Positions 27,449 through 37,125 of a stretch of 39,648 bases of DNA are shown one piece after another; position 1 is the first letter of the stretch, and every line of letters begins with the position of its first letter. The position numbers and the translations under genes were made by a program. Location: the sequence record SRR31156797_5036. One strand, written 5' to 3'. The notes below the pieces were generated by a model that saw only the letters and a program-made list of their open reading frames with translations, did not search any database and was not told the origin of the DNA.

Positions 27449-29212
27449 CTACTTGGCTGCGGTTCGTACAGCCTTGATGAACTTATGGTTGCGGCTGCCC
27501 CCAGATTCGACATAAGCACCATAGGCCTCAGCGGAAAACAGGTCCACCACATAATGTTGCCGACCTCTTTCGGGAGGAAGCGGCGTTGCATCGATGTCGC
27601 ACGTCCAGCAGGGCTTCACAAGAGGGAAAACCGATTCCTTACGCCCCTTCCCTCTTGGAGACTGATTGAGTGGGTAATTGGGAAGAGAGCGCATCTCAGA
27701 AGACCCCTCAGGAGCGCGTAACACGAGTTGGGAGGGTGGACGCCAGCCTTCAGCTCCGGGAAATATCTCATCGCCCTTCATTTGGGATTGCAGCAGGGAA
27801 CAGAGTTCCTCAAGAGTGGGAATACGCCAATCCTTGTAATCGGCCAATCCTTTTTCATTCAATTTTTCCACATAGTCCACGGCGTCGGCATAACACAATG
27901 GGGATGAAGAGCCGCCCTTCTCCCACATAAGGCCGGTCGTTTTGTCAACCACGACGTCGGCCCCAAGATCTTCGAAGTCATTGTGAAAAACGCCCGTTTC
28001 ATTGTCAGTGAGCAGAAAAAAGTTGAATTGCTTCAGCATAATTCGGAAATCGGACAGACCCACGGAGGAGGGCTCGTTACGAAGCCTGACTTTTGCCGGC
28101 ATGAAATCCGAACGGTTGGATTCGGCCGACCTTTGCCCGACCTGCGACCGGGGCTGTTTCACCCCGGTCTTCAACCTCTCGGATTCGCTCGGCAAACCCC
28201 CTTTCTTCATTCTCTCCGCCGCTGTCATCCGTCCCGATTTCAACACTCCCCCCTGCCCTTCTTTCCGCCTCTCATCCTCGGGGAATTGCGTTTCCGCATG
28301 CAGGCGTGCTTCCTCTAATGCCGTCTTTTCAGTGGGACTCCGATCCACGTCTTCATCAGACCTGGAGAGCTCTTCCCTGATCTTCTCGATGCGCCTCATC
28401 AAGGCGGCGTTCTTTCCATCTTTTCGTCCAACTTGCGTCCCTTCTTTTGCTACCACGCGTGGGGAGACGGTCTTGGGCGCATCGTTCTTCCGCACCTCTG
28501 GCCCTTCCATTTCAGGCCTCTCACGGAAAGCCGGAAGCAAGGTGGATGATCCGTCAAAACGCGATTTTACAGTCAACACACCTCCCACCACCCCAACCAG
28601 CAGAATAAGGGCCGCAAAAACCATTTTCCAATGGCCGAAGGGACCCGCCGCGCTTTCCCCACCGCCCACCGGAAGCCTTGGTTCCGGCTCCATCAAAATC
28701 CTGTAGACCCGCACGGGCTTGATAATATTCTTGACCCTGTGCTCCCCGAGGTATTCGTATTCCAACCCCGCCTTATTCTCCACCTGGTCATAGGCAGGTC
28801 CCGAGATACAAATGCCTTCCGGCTCCGCCAACCCCTCAATCCGGGCGGCAATGTTTACCCCATCGCCATAGATGCGTTCGCCTTCCTGGATGACATCGCC
28901 GAGATTGATGCCGATTCGGAACGCCATCTTCCGCTCTTCAGGCAAATCACGGTTCTTTGACTTGAGTTCACCTTGGATCTGCACGGCGCACCCCACCCCG
29001 TCCACCACACTGGGGAATTCGGCGAGCAGATTATCTCCGGGGGAATCCACGACCCTGCCTCGAAACGCCTGTATTATCCGGGTCATAATGGCACGATAGG
29101 CCGTCAGAGTTCGAACCGTTGCAAGCTCGTCGTTGGCCATGAGCAGGCTATAACCCTTAACATCCGCGCTCAGAATAGCAGTGAGTTTGCGCACATACGG
29201 CTCAGAGGCCAT
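27449..29212 (-). CDS. Class III nucleotidyl cyclase with one TM segment and C-terminal DUF1566 (Lcl) domain
   Basis: ILSADVKGYS, PGDNL, FRIGINLGDV and YGDGVNIAARIE, then TM FAALILLVGVVGGVL, then VVDKTTGLMWEK..DWRIPTLEEL. GGAGG RBS before ATG 29212. Confidence 0.9.
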   Translation of the reverse strand: MASEPYVRKLTAILSADVKGYSLLMANDELATVRTLTAYRAIMTRIIQAFRGRVVDSPGDNLLAEFPSVVDGVGCAVQIQGELKSKNRDLPEERKMAFRIGINLGDVIQEGERIYGDGVNIAARIEGLAEPEGICISGPAYDQVENKAGLEYEYLGEHRVKNIIKPVRVYRILMEPEPRLPVGGGESAAGPFGHWKMVFAALILLVGVVGGVLTVKSRFDGSSTLLPAFRERPEMEGPEVRKNDAPKTVSPRVVAKEGTQVGRKDGKNAALMRRIEKIREELSRSDEDVDRSPTEKTALEEARLHAETQFPEDERRKEGQGGVLKSGRMTAAERMKKGGLPSESERLKTGVKQPRSQVGQRSAESNRSDFMPAKVRLRNEPSSVGLSDFRIMLKQFNFFLLTDNETGVFHNDFEDLGADVVVDKTTGLMWEKGGSSSPLCYADAVDYVEKLNEKGLADYKDWRIPTLEELCSLLQSQMKGDEIFPGAEGWRPPSQLVLRAPEGSSEMRSLPNYPLNQSPRGKGRKESVFPLVKPCWTCDIDATPLPPERGRQHYVVDLFSAEAYGAYVESGGSRNHKFIKAVRTAAK

Positions 29213-29545
29213 GGTATCCGCCTCCATGGCATTTTTCAGGGAGTGGGTGCTCCTTTTTGGAGGTAAAGGACGCCCAGGTCAAAGGTTTTCCAGTTGAGAT
29301 GAAACCGGATCCGCACAGCGGCAAGGGGACCCATGCCCCATTCATAGGACACGGCCATTTGTTTGTTTCGTGCTCGAAGTGTGAAAAAAGAAGCAGGATC
29401 AATGTGTGTAACCGGTTGAAGCCCATTGAGTGCCTTCGTTTTTTTCTGCTGAACTGTTCGGCTGGAATCAACGCACACCATCATAACAGGAAAAGAGCAT
29501 GTTGCAAGGAATTATTTCTTTGCCCGGTTAGGTTTATATCGTATG

Positions 29546-29572
29546 AAAGAGGACATAAACTCCTCTTTTTTT
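29546..29572 (+). terminator. Intrinsic terminator-like hairpin
   Basis: AAAGAGGA-CATAAAC-TCCTCTTT followed by a T-run. Confidence 0.5.
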
Positions 29573-29601
29573 GAATTGACCCCCAATTCTAGATGAAATC
29601 G

Positions 29602-29648
29602 GGGAGAGGGACGGGACGGGACGGGGACGTCCTTAACTTATTAACTTA
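29602..29648. repeat. Tandem GGGAC motifs and TTAACTTA direct repeat at the transposase 3' end
   Basis: GGGAC x3 (29608-29622), GGGGAC (29623-29628), palindrome GGACGTCC (29625-29632) and TTAACTTA x2 (29633-29648). Confidence 0.8.
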
Positions 29649-30194
29649 AACCAGTTCAAACCCTTCCTTTTTGGCGATGTCGGCACCTCTAGCCACCGAC
29701 TTGCTGACCGCCACCGTCGAAATATTCAGTTGACGGCCAAGGGAAGCCATGCTGACTCCCAGCTCACGTACCGCCCAGAAACACAACAGGCTGCGGGCTC
29801 GCACGAGATGTTTGAATTTTCCTTCACGCCAGATCTCATCCTCCGGGATATTCAGTAGCGCTGACACTCTGTTTGCCACGAAATCCACACCCACCCCTTG
29901 AGCTTTCAACGCATAACGTCGTTCAAAAGATTCCTCGGCTTTGGAGAGAATCTCGGAAACAAAATCACCATCGCCCAGGATGCGCTCGTCACTTTTCACA
30001 TGGATTTTGGATTTTCGTAGTTTCTTGACCGCTGCCCAGCCTCCAGCGCTACGGATCAAGCCGCCTCCCGCAAGATCATCCCTGCGGCCCATATCGATTC
30101 CTTTGGAGACGAATTCATTATATTTCTCTCTGGCTGAGCTGACTTCTTCCCCGAAAAACGCCAAAACCTCTTGTTCCTTCTGCCAGGGTTGTTC
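29646..30194 (-). mobile_element. 5'-truncated REP-associated tyrosine (Y1/IS200-like) transposase, C-terminal half
   Basis: EQPWQKEQEVLAFFG..AREKYNEFV..GGGLIRSAGGW..DERILGDGDFV..ARSLLCFWAVRELG plus an HTH, as in deltaproteobacterial RAYT-like transposases. The HUH and catalytic Tyr region is absent. Confidence 0.75.
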
Positions 30195-33100
30195 CGTCCC
30201 TATCTCCCTGAGGAGACTCTTGACAAAATCTGATAGAAAAATCCGTTAGTTTGTAAACCACACGCCCGTCAACCATCAGAAACCCGTCCGCACGAATGGA
30301 CCGCGCGTCATCATCCACCCCGGTAATGACCGCTTCGACCGTAACGGTCTGGTCCGTGGGGACCACCTGTCCGCGATAGAGCCACTGATGTTTTTCATGG
30401 GTCATTTCAAACACGGTTTCGGATGACGCGCCCCATCGCTCGGCTGCAACGAATTTCAGCAGTTGAATAAAGGCTTCCACCCCCAGTGAACCGGGCGTAA
30501 CCGGGTCCTGATAGAAATGGGCCTTAAAGAACCATTCATCCGGATTCACCTGTTTGCTGCCGCGGATGAAGCCGATCCCTTTCGGTCCGCCGTCGGAGAT
30601 AAAGAGATCTATTTGATCCACCATGCGCAGTTTCTTTTGGGGAAAGGGCGGTTCGGCCGGGTATTTTATGTTGATGACCCCCCGCTCCTCTTCGGACCGG
30701 GACGGTTCATACGGTTTCGCGTCCTGGATCCCTTTCTGGTTTTGAAGGGCCTGTGCCGAAAAGAACCCGAAATAGGTGGTTCCCTTGTAGACGGTCCCTT
30801 TTGCGCTTTTCACCTCGAAAGTGAAATGCTGAATAATCATACCGCCGGAATCGGATACATTGGTAACCCTGACTTTTGTGGTCAGTATCCCCGATGTGGG
30901 GGTCACCGGCAGCAACTGAACCCCTTCGCCACCGAGATTCCTGAATTTCAAATCAATATGGCTGGTCAAGGCGCTTCCCATGTACGCCGCGAGCCATCCG
31001 CACGGTTGAAGGGCAATCTCCAGGAGCACGGCAAAGGGCATCATATTCCGGCCATCGGCGGCGAAATACCAGGCATCTTTTGGGATCCGGTACTGGGCTT
31101 CGGCATTGCTTCCCGGCGCCATCTTCCAAGGTTCCCCCTCCACATGGGTAATGCGATCCAGGAATTGATAGGGGACCCTCGGCAGGCGGGCGATGCAGCG
31201 CTTCTCGTCGAATATCCGGTACGGCTCACCGAAGGCAACGGACGGTTTCCCTTCAGTAAAGGCGATGATCCGGCTTTCGTCGTAAATTGCCGGTTTGAAT
31301 TCATGGGGCGGTTGTTCCTTTTTTAACTTCGGTTCCGTTTCCCATAAAGCCGCCAGTTTTTGAAATGTCATCCCCGCCATGCGGATGGACATGTCTTCCA
31401 TGTCGACGATGTACTTTCCGTCCGAAAACATCCTGGCATCGGCGATGGCGTACGGTTCCGGGCTGACACCCAACTCCTTAACGGCGATTTCATAAGTGAC
31501 AACCGACGTGGTTTCAAGCACCTGGCCCCGGCATTTCAAACGGCTGGTGACCCCCTGAACCGGTTCAAGGGAGACTTCATCCCCTTCCGCGACCCAGCCC
31601 ATGCGCAACAGGAAAATCCGTAAGGTATGCATGCAGCATTCATACATGAGGGTCCCCGGCATGACCCGGTCGTCCACGAAATGGCACCTTAAAAACCAGT
31701 CGTCCGGGTGGATATCCGCCTCCGCCCGGATCAACCCCAGGCCGTAACGCCCACCCTTGGGATCGATCTTTACGATGCGGTCCACCAGCTTCATGCGGCC
31801 CCCCGGTATGCTCAAGGGATGATTCAGGCCGAGGGATTTAAATGAAGGACCGAAGCAAGCGGCCAAATCGCCCTTTCGAAGGGCGTTCAGTTGCGCTTCA
31901 CCATAGGATTCAACCTTCATGGCCGTCAATTCCCGCCACCCCGGATCGATTTTCCCTTTTTCCGGGCCGCTGTTCAGGCGATTGCTGGTCAATCCTTTTC
32001 CGGCGGCCAAGGCCTCTTGGGTAAAAAAACCGGCGCAGCCGTTTCGCATGGTCAACAGGGGCGTGTCATGAACGGTGCCGTCATATTCGAAATTGAAGAA
32101 ATGGGTCTTATTCAAAGTGAAAAAGCGCTTTATGCGGATATCGTAGCGGATGGTCTCCCCGGGCAGGGGCAGATGCCGGTGAAAGGTGATGTCCGCATCC
32201 AGCAATCGGTACACGGCCAACCCCTTGGTGTGAAAATCGATCCCCGCAAAGCCGGAGAGCATGAGATCCGCCTGACCCGCTTCCACGGTGATGCAGATGG
32301 GCATCCTCCCCGAATCCAGATACCATGCGTCTTTCTTTACATGATGCTCGGTGATGATCCGCAAAGGCCCTAAAATCAGAGGTTCCCCCTCAATTGAAAC
32401 CACCCGGTCCACCAGCATCAACGGTTCGTCCGGAAGGCGGACCCGGGTGGGGTATCCGTCTATTTCCGCATACTTTGGCCCGAACACCTTTGAAATGGCG
32501 CCGATTGCATATTCCGTGCACTGCTCCCGGGTAAGGGACCTCACGGGTTCGTCCGAATCGGTTGCGGCGGTGTGCCCCCCGGATTTTCCCATGATCGCAA
32601 GCTGTTGCGCCAGATTATCCCCCATGGCCCCGGTTATTTCCGCTGAAAGCTTCAGGTATTTTCCGTGGGCGGCCATCTTTGCCTGCTCGGTTTTGGTAAA
32701 CTGGGCAATCAGTTCATGGGATTCGAAGGGTTTTCTTCCTCGGCTCTTGGAACCTTTCGGTTCAATGGCAACCTTGGTCTTTTTTTGAGAAGCCCCCATC
32801 CATTTTGGAATGACAAAGGGCTTTTCGCCCGTCTTAACCCGGATGGAAGGGGCACCATGGGAATCATCCTTTTCCGCTTGCGCAACATGGCGGGAATCCC
32901 GGCCGTACAATGCATCCATCTCCACGGGGATGCCTTCTGCGATGCATTGACCCAACCCCCGCAGTACCAGGGAGTACGGGTCCTGGCCCTGGATACAAAA
33001 GGACCTTGCAACATGGGGGTGTCCCTGAAGGATATGGTTGATCATACGGGTGCAGGAAGCACCGGGACCCATTTCCAGGAATATCCTTGCCCCGTCGTCA

Positions 33101-36100
33101 TGGGCGGCTTCAATGGTTTTGGGGAAATCGACACCCTTGAGGGCGTGGGAGAGGATGGCGTCGGCGGCCGATTCCCGGGTGACGTCATAGGGCTCACCCC
33201 GCGCGCCGCTGTAGAATTTCATATGGGGAGGGGAGACGGTTTTTTGCAGATGCAGTTCCCGGTAGGCCCCTTCCACTTCCCTCAAGACCCCGCAATGGGA
33301 TATGGTGACCCCCTCAATGGGCACGTGACGGCAACCCACATCCCGGACAAACGCCTCCACCGCGCTCCGTTCGCCTCCGATGACGCATTCATCCCTCGTA
33401 TTTGAAATCAACGGGTATACGTGGTCTCGGTTTTTCAACAACCCCCGGACAACGTCCATGGACCGGTTAATGGTAAACAAAACCCAGTTCAGCGGTTGGT
33501 TCGAGGGCCATTGCCAGTGTTTTCGGGCGGCCCGGCATTCTCCGGCCAGATCTTGTGTGAAGAGGGTCGATCCTTGGATTTTCCCCAGCATTCCATCCCG
33601 GTCCGTCCATGCTTTCAAGGCGAAGAGCCCCGCTGTTTCCCCCAGGCTGTACCCCACGACAAATCCCGGTTTGACGCCAAAGGTTTGAAGCAGATCGCTG
33701 ATCCCGGTGCAGAGGGACACGTGGCCGAATATCATGGCCCTGCGGTCATGACGTTTTCCGAAAAGCGCGTGGCGCCCATCAAGGTCCCAAAAGCAATCGG
33801 GCCGGTATTGACGCCGCAAATAGCGGTTCTCTTGGTGCTGCTTCCTCAATATTTCCGGCCACCGAACAAACAGTTCCCGGCCCATGTCCGAAAAACTGTT
33901 CCCGGAACCGGGAAAGACGAAACAGATCCCGTTTCTATCCCCGGACATCAGGGGTTGGGGATTGTAAAAAACACGGTCCTGAAAGGAGGCATCGGGAATG
34001 GGCAACCGTTCGCAACCCACCCGCTTATGGGGGTCCGCCTCAACGGTTTTCTTGAATCGGGAGATCTGTTTTAAGAGTTCCTCCCGGTTTCGGGCCACAA
34101 AGGCTGCCGAAAGCCGGAACGGTTTGTCCACACCCTGATGCCGCCACAACCGTGCAAAGGCCTCCATGTTTTCCCCAGAGACCGCCGTTTGGTTTTGAAC
34201 AAATTCACGGAAATGATCAAGTCCTTCAAGGATGCCGTCGTGGCTATCGGCATTCACCACGAACAACCCTTCGTCCCCGGGCCCCATGGGCGCGCGTTTT
34301 TCAACGGTCGGGAACCACGGAGCTTCCGGTTCCAATGCCTCCAAGAGCACATGGGCGCAATTGCCGGTGATGCTGCAAGCACTCACAAGGGCCCTTCGAG
34401 GGCCGTCCGCCCGATCGTGGAGCCAATAGCGGGGCTTGGAAGGGATGAACAGTGGGCTCTGCTCCGTCAATTCCGGCAGCGGATTCTTGGCGGCTTTGAG
34501 GGGCGGCAGCATTTCATGGTACATGCAGAGGGCGGCCTTGATAAAGGATGCCATGGACGATGCCGCCCCCGTGTGGCCGATGACCGCCTTGACGCTTCCA
34601 AGGGCCGGTTGCCCTACCGGGGATGCCGCGGTATCCGGCCCATGGCGTTCATCCCTTCTCCCGAAGAATGAACCGAGGGCTTGAACCTCCATTTTGTCTT
34701 CGGGAGGAAAACCGCTGCCGTGGGTTTCCACATATCCGATATATTCCGGCATGCAATCCGCTTCCTCGCAGGCCTTTTTCATGGAAGATACATATGAAGG
34801 CGCATCCGGCAAAAGGTCCTGGGGTTTTCCGCCCGTCGAGGCGCCCATCCCCTTGATGACGCAATAGACCCGGTCCTTGTCCCGAACCGCGTCTTTGAGA
34901 CGCTTCAGGACAACGGCGCCCGCCCCTTCCCCCATGACGGTGCCGTCCGCATCCGCGTCGAAGGGGCTTGTCTTTCCGGCGGCGGAAAAAGGCCGGAGTC
35001 CGTTCCGGCTCAAGAGGGATCGCACATCCCCCGTCATTTCCACGGCGCCCACGAGGGCCGTATGGATCAAACCGTTTTGAAGGGCCCTGACACCGGTCTT
35101 GAGGGCATTCAACCCTGAACTTTCTTCGCTGGAGATGGTGAAGGCGGGACCGCCCATGGAGAGTTCCCTGGCAATCCGGCTGGCGATGACGCTACCCAGC
35201 CCCCCCATGGTGCGGTTTGCCGTAAGCCCCGGACCCGCGGCATCCCGAAGGGCGGAAACCCAAGATCCGGGATCCATTTCGGAAATATCCAGGTTCAGCT
35301 TTTGGGGCCACGTCGCGCCGCTTTGTTCCACAAGCCATCTCACATGATAATTGGTGGTGTTGGGATCGAGCCCGATCCCCATGAACGCGCCGGCACGGGT
35401 ATTCTTCCCGGTCCCAAGCCCTGCGTCGTCCCATGCGCCCACCGCCGTCTTGAGCATGAGGAGTTGCTGGGGGAGCATCTCACGGAGTTCTTTGGGGGGG
35501 ATCCGGAAAAGATTGGCCGGGATTTCCATCTCGTCCACAAAGAAACCGGCGGGATTCATGCCGGACGATTCACCCTCTTTAAACCATTTAGCCTCGTAAA
35601 CGCCCCGGGAATGGTTCCGGGGCCCCGGTTCCGAGGCCCTCCCTTTTAAGACGCACTGCTTGAAAGATTCCAGCCCATGCCGCTTTCCGAAATGGACGTC
35701 CATGCCGATGACCGCCACATGCGGCGGATCGTTTTCGGCATCCCGATCAACGGTAAAAGCAAAATTTTCCGTCTTGCCCGTCCATTCTTCAAGGAGCACA
35801 TGGGCATTGATCCCGCCGAACCCGAAAGCGCTCACGGCGGCCTTCCGGGTGGTGTTTTGACTCCGTCTGTTCCAGGGTTTGGCGGCTTTCAGGATCGTGA
35901 AAGGCGTTTTTTCCATTTCAAAGGATTCTTGGGCCTGATTGAAATTGGCAGACGGCGGAAGCATCTTTTCCCGAAGGGCGAAAAGGGTCTTAATGCATGC
36001 GGCGGCGCCCGCCGCCGTGAGCAGATGGCCGATGTTGGATTTAACGGAACCCAACACGCAGGACTGTCTAGTGTCGGCCCCTTCCCAAAGCGTTTTCAAA

Positions 36101-37125
36101 CTTTCAAATTCAACCGCGTCCCCCACGGGGGTCCCGGTGGCATGGCATTCGATGTGGTCCACATCCTGGGGTCGCCAGCCCGCCTCTTCATAGGCGGCCC
36201 CCATGGCCCTGAGCTGCCCTTCCGAGGTGGGCGCCAGCAACCTGCCGCCCATGTCGTTTGACAGCCCGATGCCCCGGATGACCCCATGGATGTGGCGGTT
36301 CTCGGACAAAGCGTCCGAAAGCCGCTTCAGCACAAGAATCCCGGCGCCCTCCCCCACCACCAGGCCGTCGGCATGCGAATCAAAGGGCGCGCTCCGCCCC
36401 TTTGGGGAAATGGCCCTCAGTTGGGAGAAACCCATCTGGGTATAGAGGCAGCTGGGCCGGGATACGCCGCCGCAGAGCATGGCATCGGCGCGACCGGAGA
36501 CCAGTTCATCCACGGCCAGCTTCATGGCGTACAGGGAAGAGGCGCATGCCGCATCCAGCGTGAAACTGTCGCCTCCGAGCCCCAGTCCCTTTGAAAGGAT
36601 GCCCGCCGGCAATCCCGCCCCGTATGCGTTCAGGGGATCGGTCCCGGGGTAACGGCGGCGTTGATTTCCGGGAAGGACTTTTTCTTCAAAGGTGCGAAAA
36701 AGCGTTTCTTCGGCCATGGCGGACAATGAATCGGTGGGAAGCACCAGGTTCCCGATAATCACCCCGGTGTTGCGGTGGTCCTCCCCTTGGATGCCCGCAT
36801 CATCAAAGGCCTGGCTGCCCGCCATGAGGAGAAGACGAAAAAGGGGGTCCAGACGATCCAGAAAACCCGGGCATAGATCCAGACCGGAAATATCCGCATC
36901 CATTTGAGCTTCATCGACAAAGCATCCGCGAATGGAGTAAACCCGGTCAACGACGCCCGGTTTCGGATCATACGCCTTTGCTGGAGGGACGGCCCAGCGT
37001 CCGGGGGGCGCTTCACGGGAAGCGTCTCGTCTCTTTAAAATGTTTTCCCAGAGCGTTTTCGGATTGGGCGCATCGGGAAAAACCCCGCCCATGCCGATGA
37101 TGGCGATCGGTTGATTGTTTTTCAT
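30118..37125 (-). CDS. pfaBC: PUFA-synthase-like PfaB/C fusion: KS - chain-length factor - AT - four FabA-like hotdog folds
   Basis: Active KS (DAACASS, HATGT, NIGHLL). Second KS has the Cys replaced (SSEESS). AT motif GYSLGE. DH motifs CHFVDDRVMPG and AHFYQDPVTPG, each preceded by a His-less pseudo-DH. Confidence 0.9.
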   Translation of the reverse strand: MKNNQPIAIIGMGGVFPDAPNPKTLWENILKRRDASREAPPGRWAVPPAKAYDPKPGVVDRVYSIRGCFVDEAQMDADISGLDLCPGFLDRLDPLFRLLLMAGSQAFDDAGIQGEDHRNTGVIIGNLVLPTDSLSAMAEETLFRTFEEKVLPGNQRRRYPGTDPLNAYGAGLPAGILSKGLGLGGDSFTLDAACASSLYAMKLAVDELVSGRADAMLCGGVSRPSCLYTQMGFSQLRAISPKGRSAPFDSHADGLVVGEGAGILVLKRLSDALSENRHIHGVIRGIGLSNDMGGRLLAPTSEGQLRAMGAAYEEAGWRPQDVDHIECHATGTPVGDAVEFESLKTLWEGADTRQSCVLGSVKSNIGHLLTAAGAAACIKTLFALREKMLPPSANFNQAQESFEMEKTPFTILKAAKPWNRRSQNTTRKAAVSAFGFGGINAHVLLEEWTGKTENFAFTVDRDAENDPPHVAVIGMDVHFGKRHGLESFKQCVLKGRASEPGPRNHSRGVYEAKWFKEGESSGMNPAGFFVDEMEIPANLFRIPPKELREMLPQQLLMLKTAVGAWDDAGLGTGKNTRAGAFMGIGLDPNTTNYHVRWLVEQSGATWPQKLNLDISEMDPGSWVSALRDAAGPGLTANRTMGGLGSVIASRIARELSMGGPAFTISSEESSGLNALKTGVRALQNGLIHTALVGAVEMTGDVRSLLSRNGLRPFSAAGKTSPFDADADGTVMGEGAGAVVLKRLKDAVRDKDRVYCVIKGMGASTGGKPQDLLPDAPSYVSSMKKACEEADCMPEYIGYVETHGSGFPPEDKMEVQALGSFFGRRDERHGPDTAASPVGQPALGSVKAVIGHTGAASSMASFIKAALCMYHEMLPPLKAAKNPLPELTEQSPLFIPSKPRYWLHDRADGPRRALVSACSITGNCAHVLLEALEPEAPWFPTVEKRAPMGPGDEGLFVVNADSHDGILEGLDHFREFVQNQTAVSGENMEAFARLWRHQGVDKPFRLSAAFVARNREELLKQISRFKKTVEADPHKRVGCERLPIPDASFQDRVFYNPQPLMSGDRNGICFVFPGSGNSFSDMGRELFVRWPEILRKQHQENRYLRRQYRPDCFWDLDGRHALFGKRHDRRAMIFGHVSLCTGISDLLQTFGVKPGFVVGYSLGETAGLFALKAWTDRDGMLGKIQGSTLFTQDLAGECRAARKHWQWPSNQPLNWVLFTINRSMDVVRGLLKNRDHVYPLISNTRDECVIGGERSAVEAFVRDVGCRHVPIEGVTISHCGVLREVEGAYRELHLQKTVSPPHMKFYSGARGEPYDVTRESAADAILSHALKGVDFPKTIEAAHDDGARIFLEMGPGASCTRMINHILQGHPHVARSFCIQGQDPYSLVLRGLGQCIAEGIPVEMDALYGRDSRHVAQAEKDDSHGAPSIRVKTGEKPFVIPKWMGASQKKTKVAIEPKGSKSRGRKPFESHELIAQFTKTEQAKMAAHGKYLKLSAEITGAMGDNLAQQLAIMGKSGGHTAATDSDEPVRSLTREQCTEYAIGAISKVFGPKYAEIDGYPTRVRLPDEPLMLVDRVVSIEGEPLILGPLRIITEHHVKKDAWYLDSGRMPICITVEAGQADLMLSGFAGIDFHTKGLAVYRLLDADITFHRHLPLPGETIRYDIRIKRFFTLNKTHFFNFEYDGTVHDTPLLTMRNGCAGFFTQEALAAGKGLTSNRLNSGPEKGKIDPGWRELTAMKVESYGEAQLNALRKGDLAACFGPSFKSLGLNHPLSIPGGRMKLVDRIVKIDPKGGRYGLGLIRAEADIHPDDWFLRCHFVDDRVMPGTLMYECCMHTLRIFLLRMGWVAEGDEVSLEPVQGVTSRLKCRGQVLETTSVVTYEIAVKELGVSPEPYAIADARMFSDGKYIVDMEDMSIRMAGMTFQKLAALWETEPKLKKEQPPHEFKPAIYDESRIIAFTEGKPSVAFGEPYRIFDEKRCIARLPRVPYQFLDRITHVEGEPWKMAPGSNAEAQYRIPKDAWYFAADGRNMMPFAVLLEIALQPCGWLAAYMGSALTSHIDLKFRNLGGEGVQLLPVTPTSGILTTKVRVTNVSDSGGMIIQHFTFEVKSAKGTVYKGTTYFGFFSAQALQNQKGIQDAKPYEPSRSEEERGVINIKYPAEPPFPQKKLRMVDQIDLFISDGGPKGIGFIRGSKQVNPDEWFFKAHFYQDPVTPGSLGVEAFIQLLKFVAAERWGASSETVFEMTHEKHQWLYRGQVVPTDQTVTVEAVITGVDDDARSIRADGFLMVDGRVVYKLTDFSIRFCQESPQGDRDGTTLAEGTRGFGVFRGRSQLSQREI

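Noticed and set aside
29608..29648. CRISPR array
   Set aside because: The units are 5-8 bp with no spacers, and there are no cas genes. No CRISPR, tRNA or rRNA was recognised anywhere in the window.
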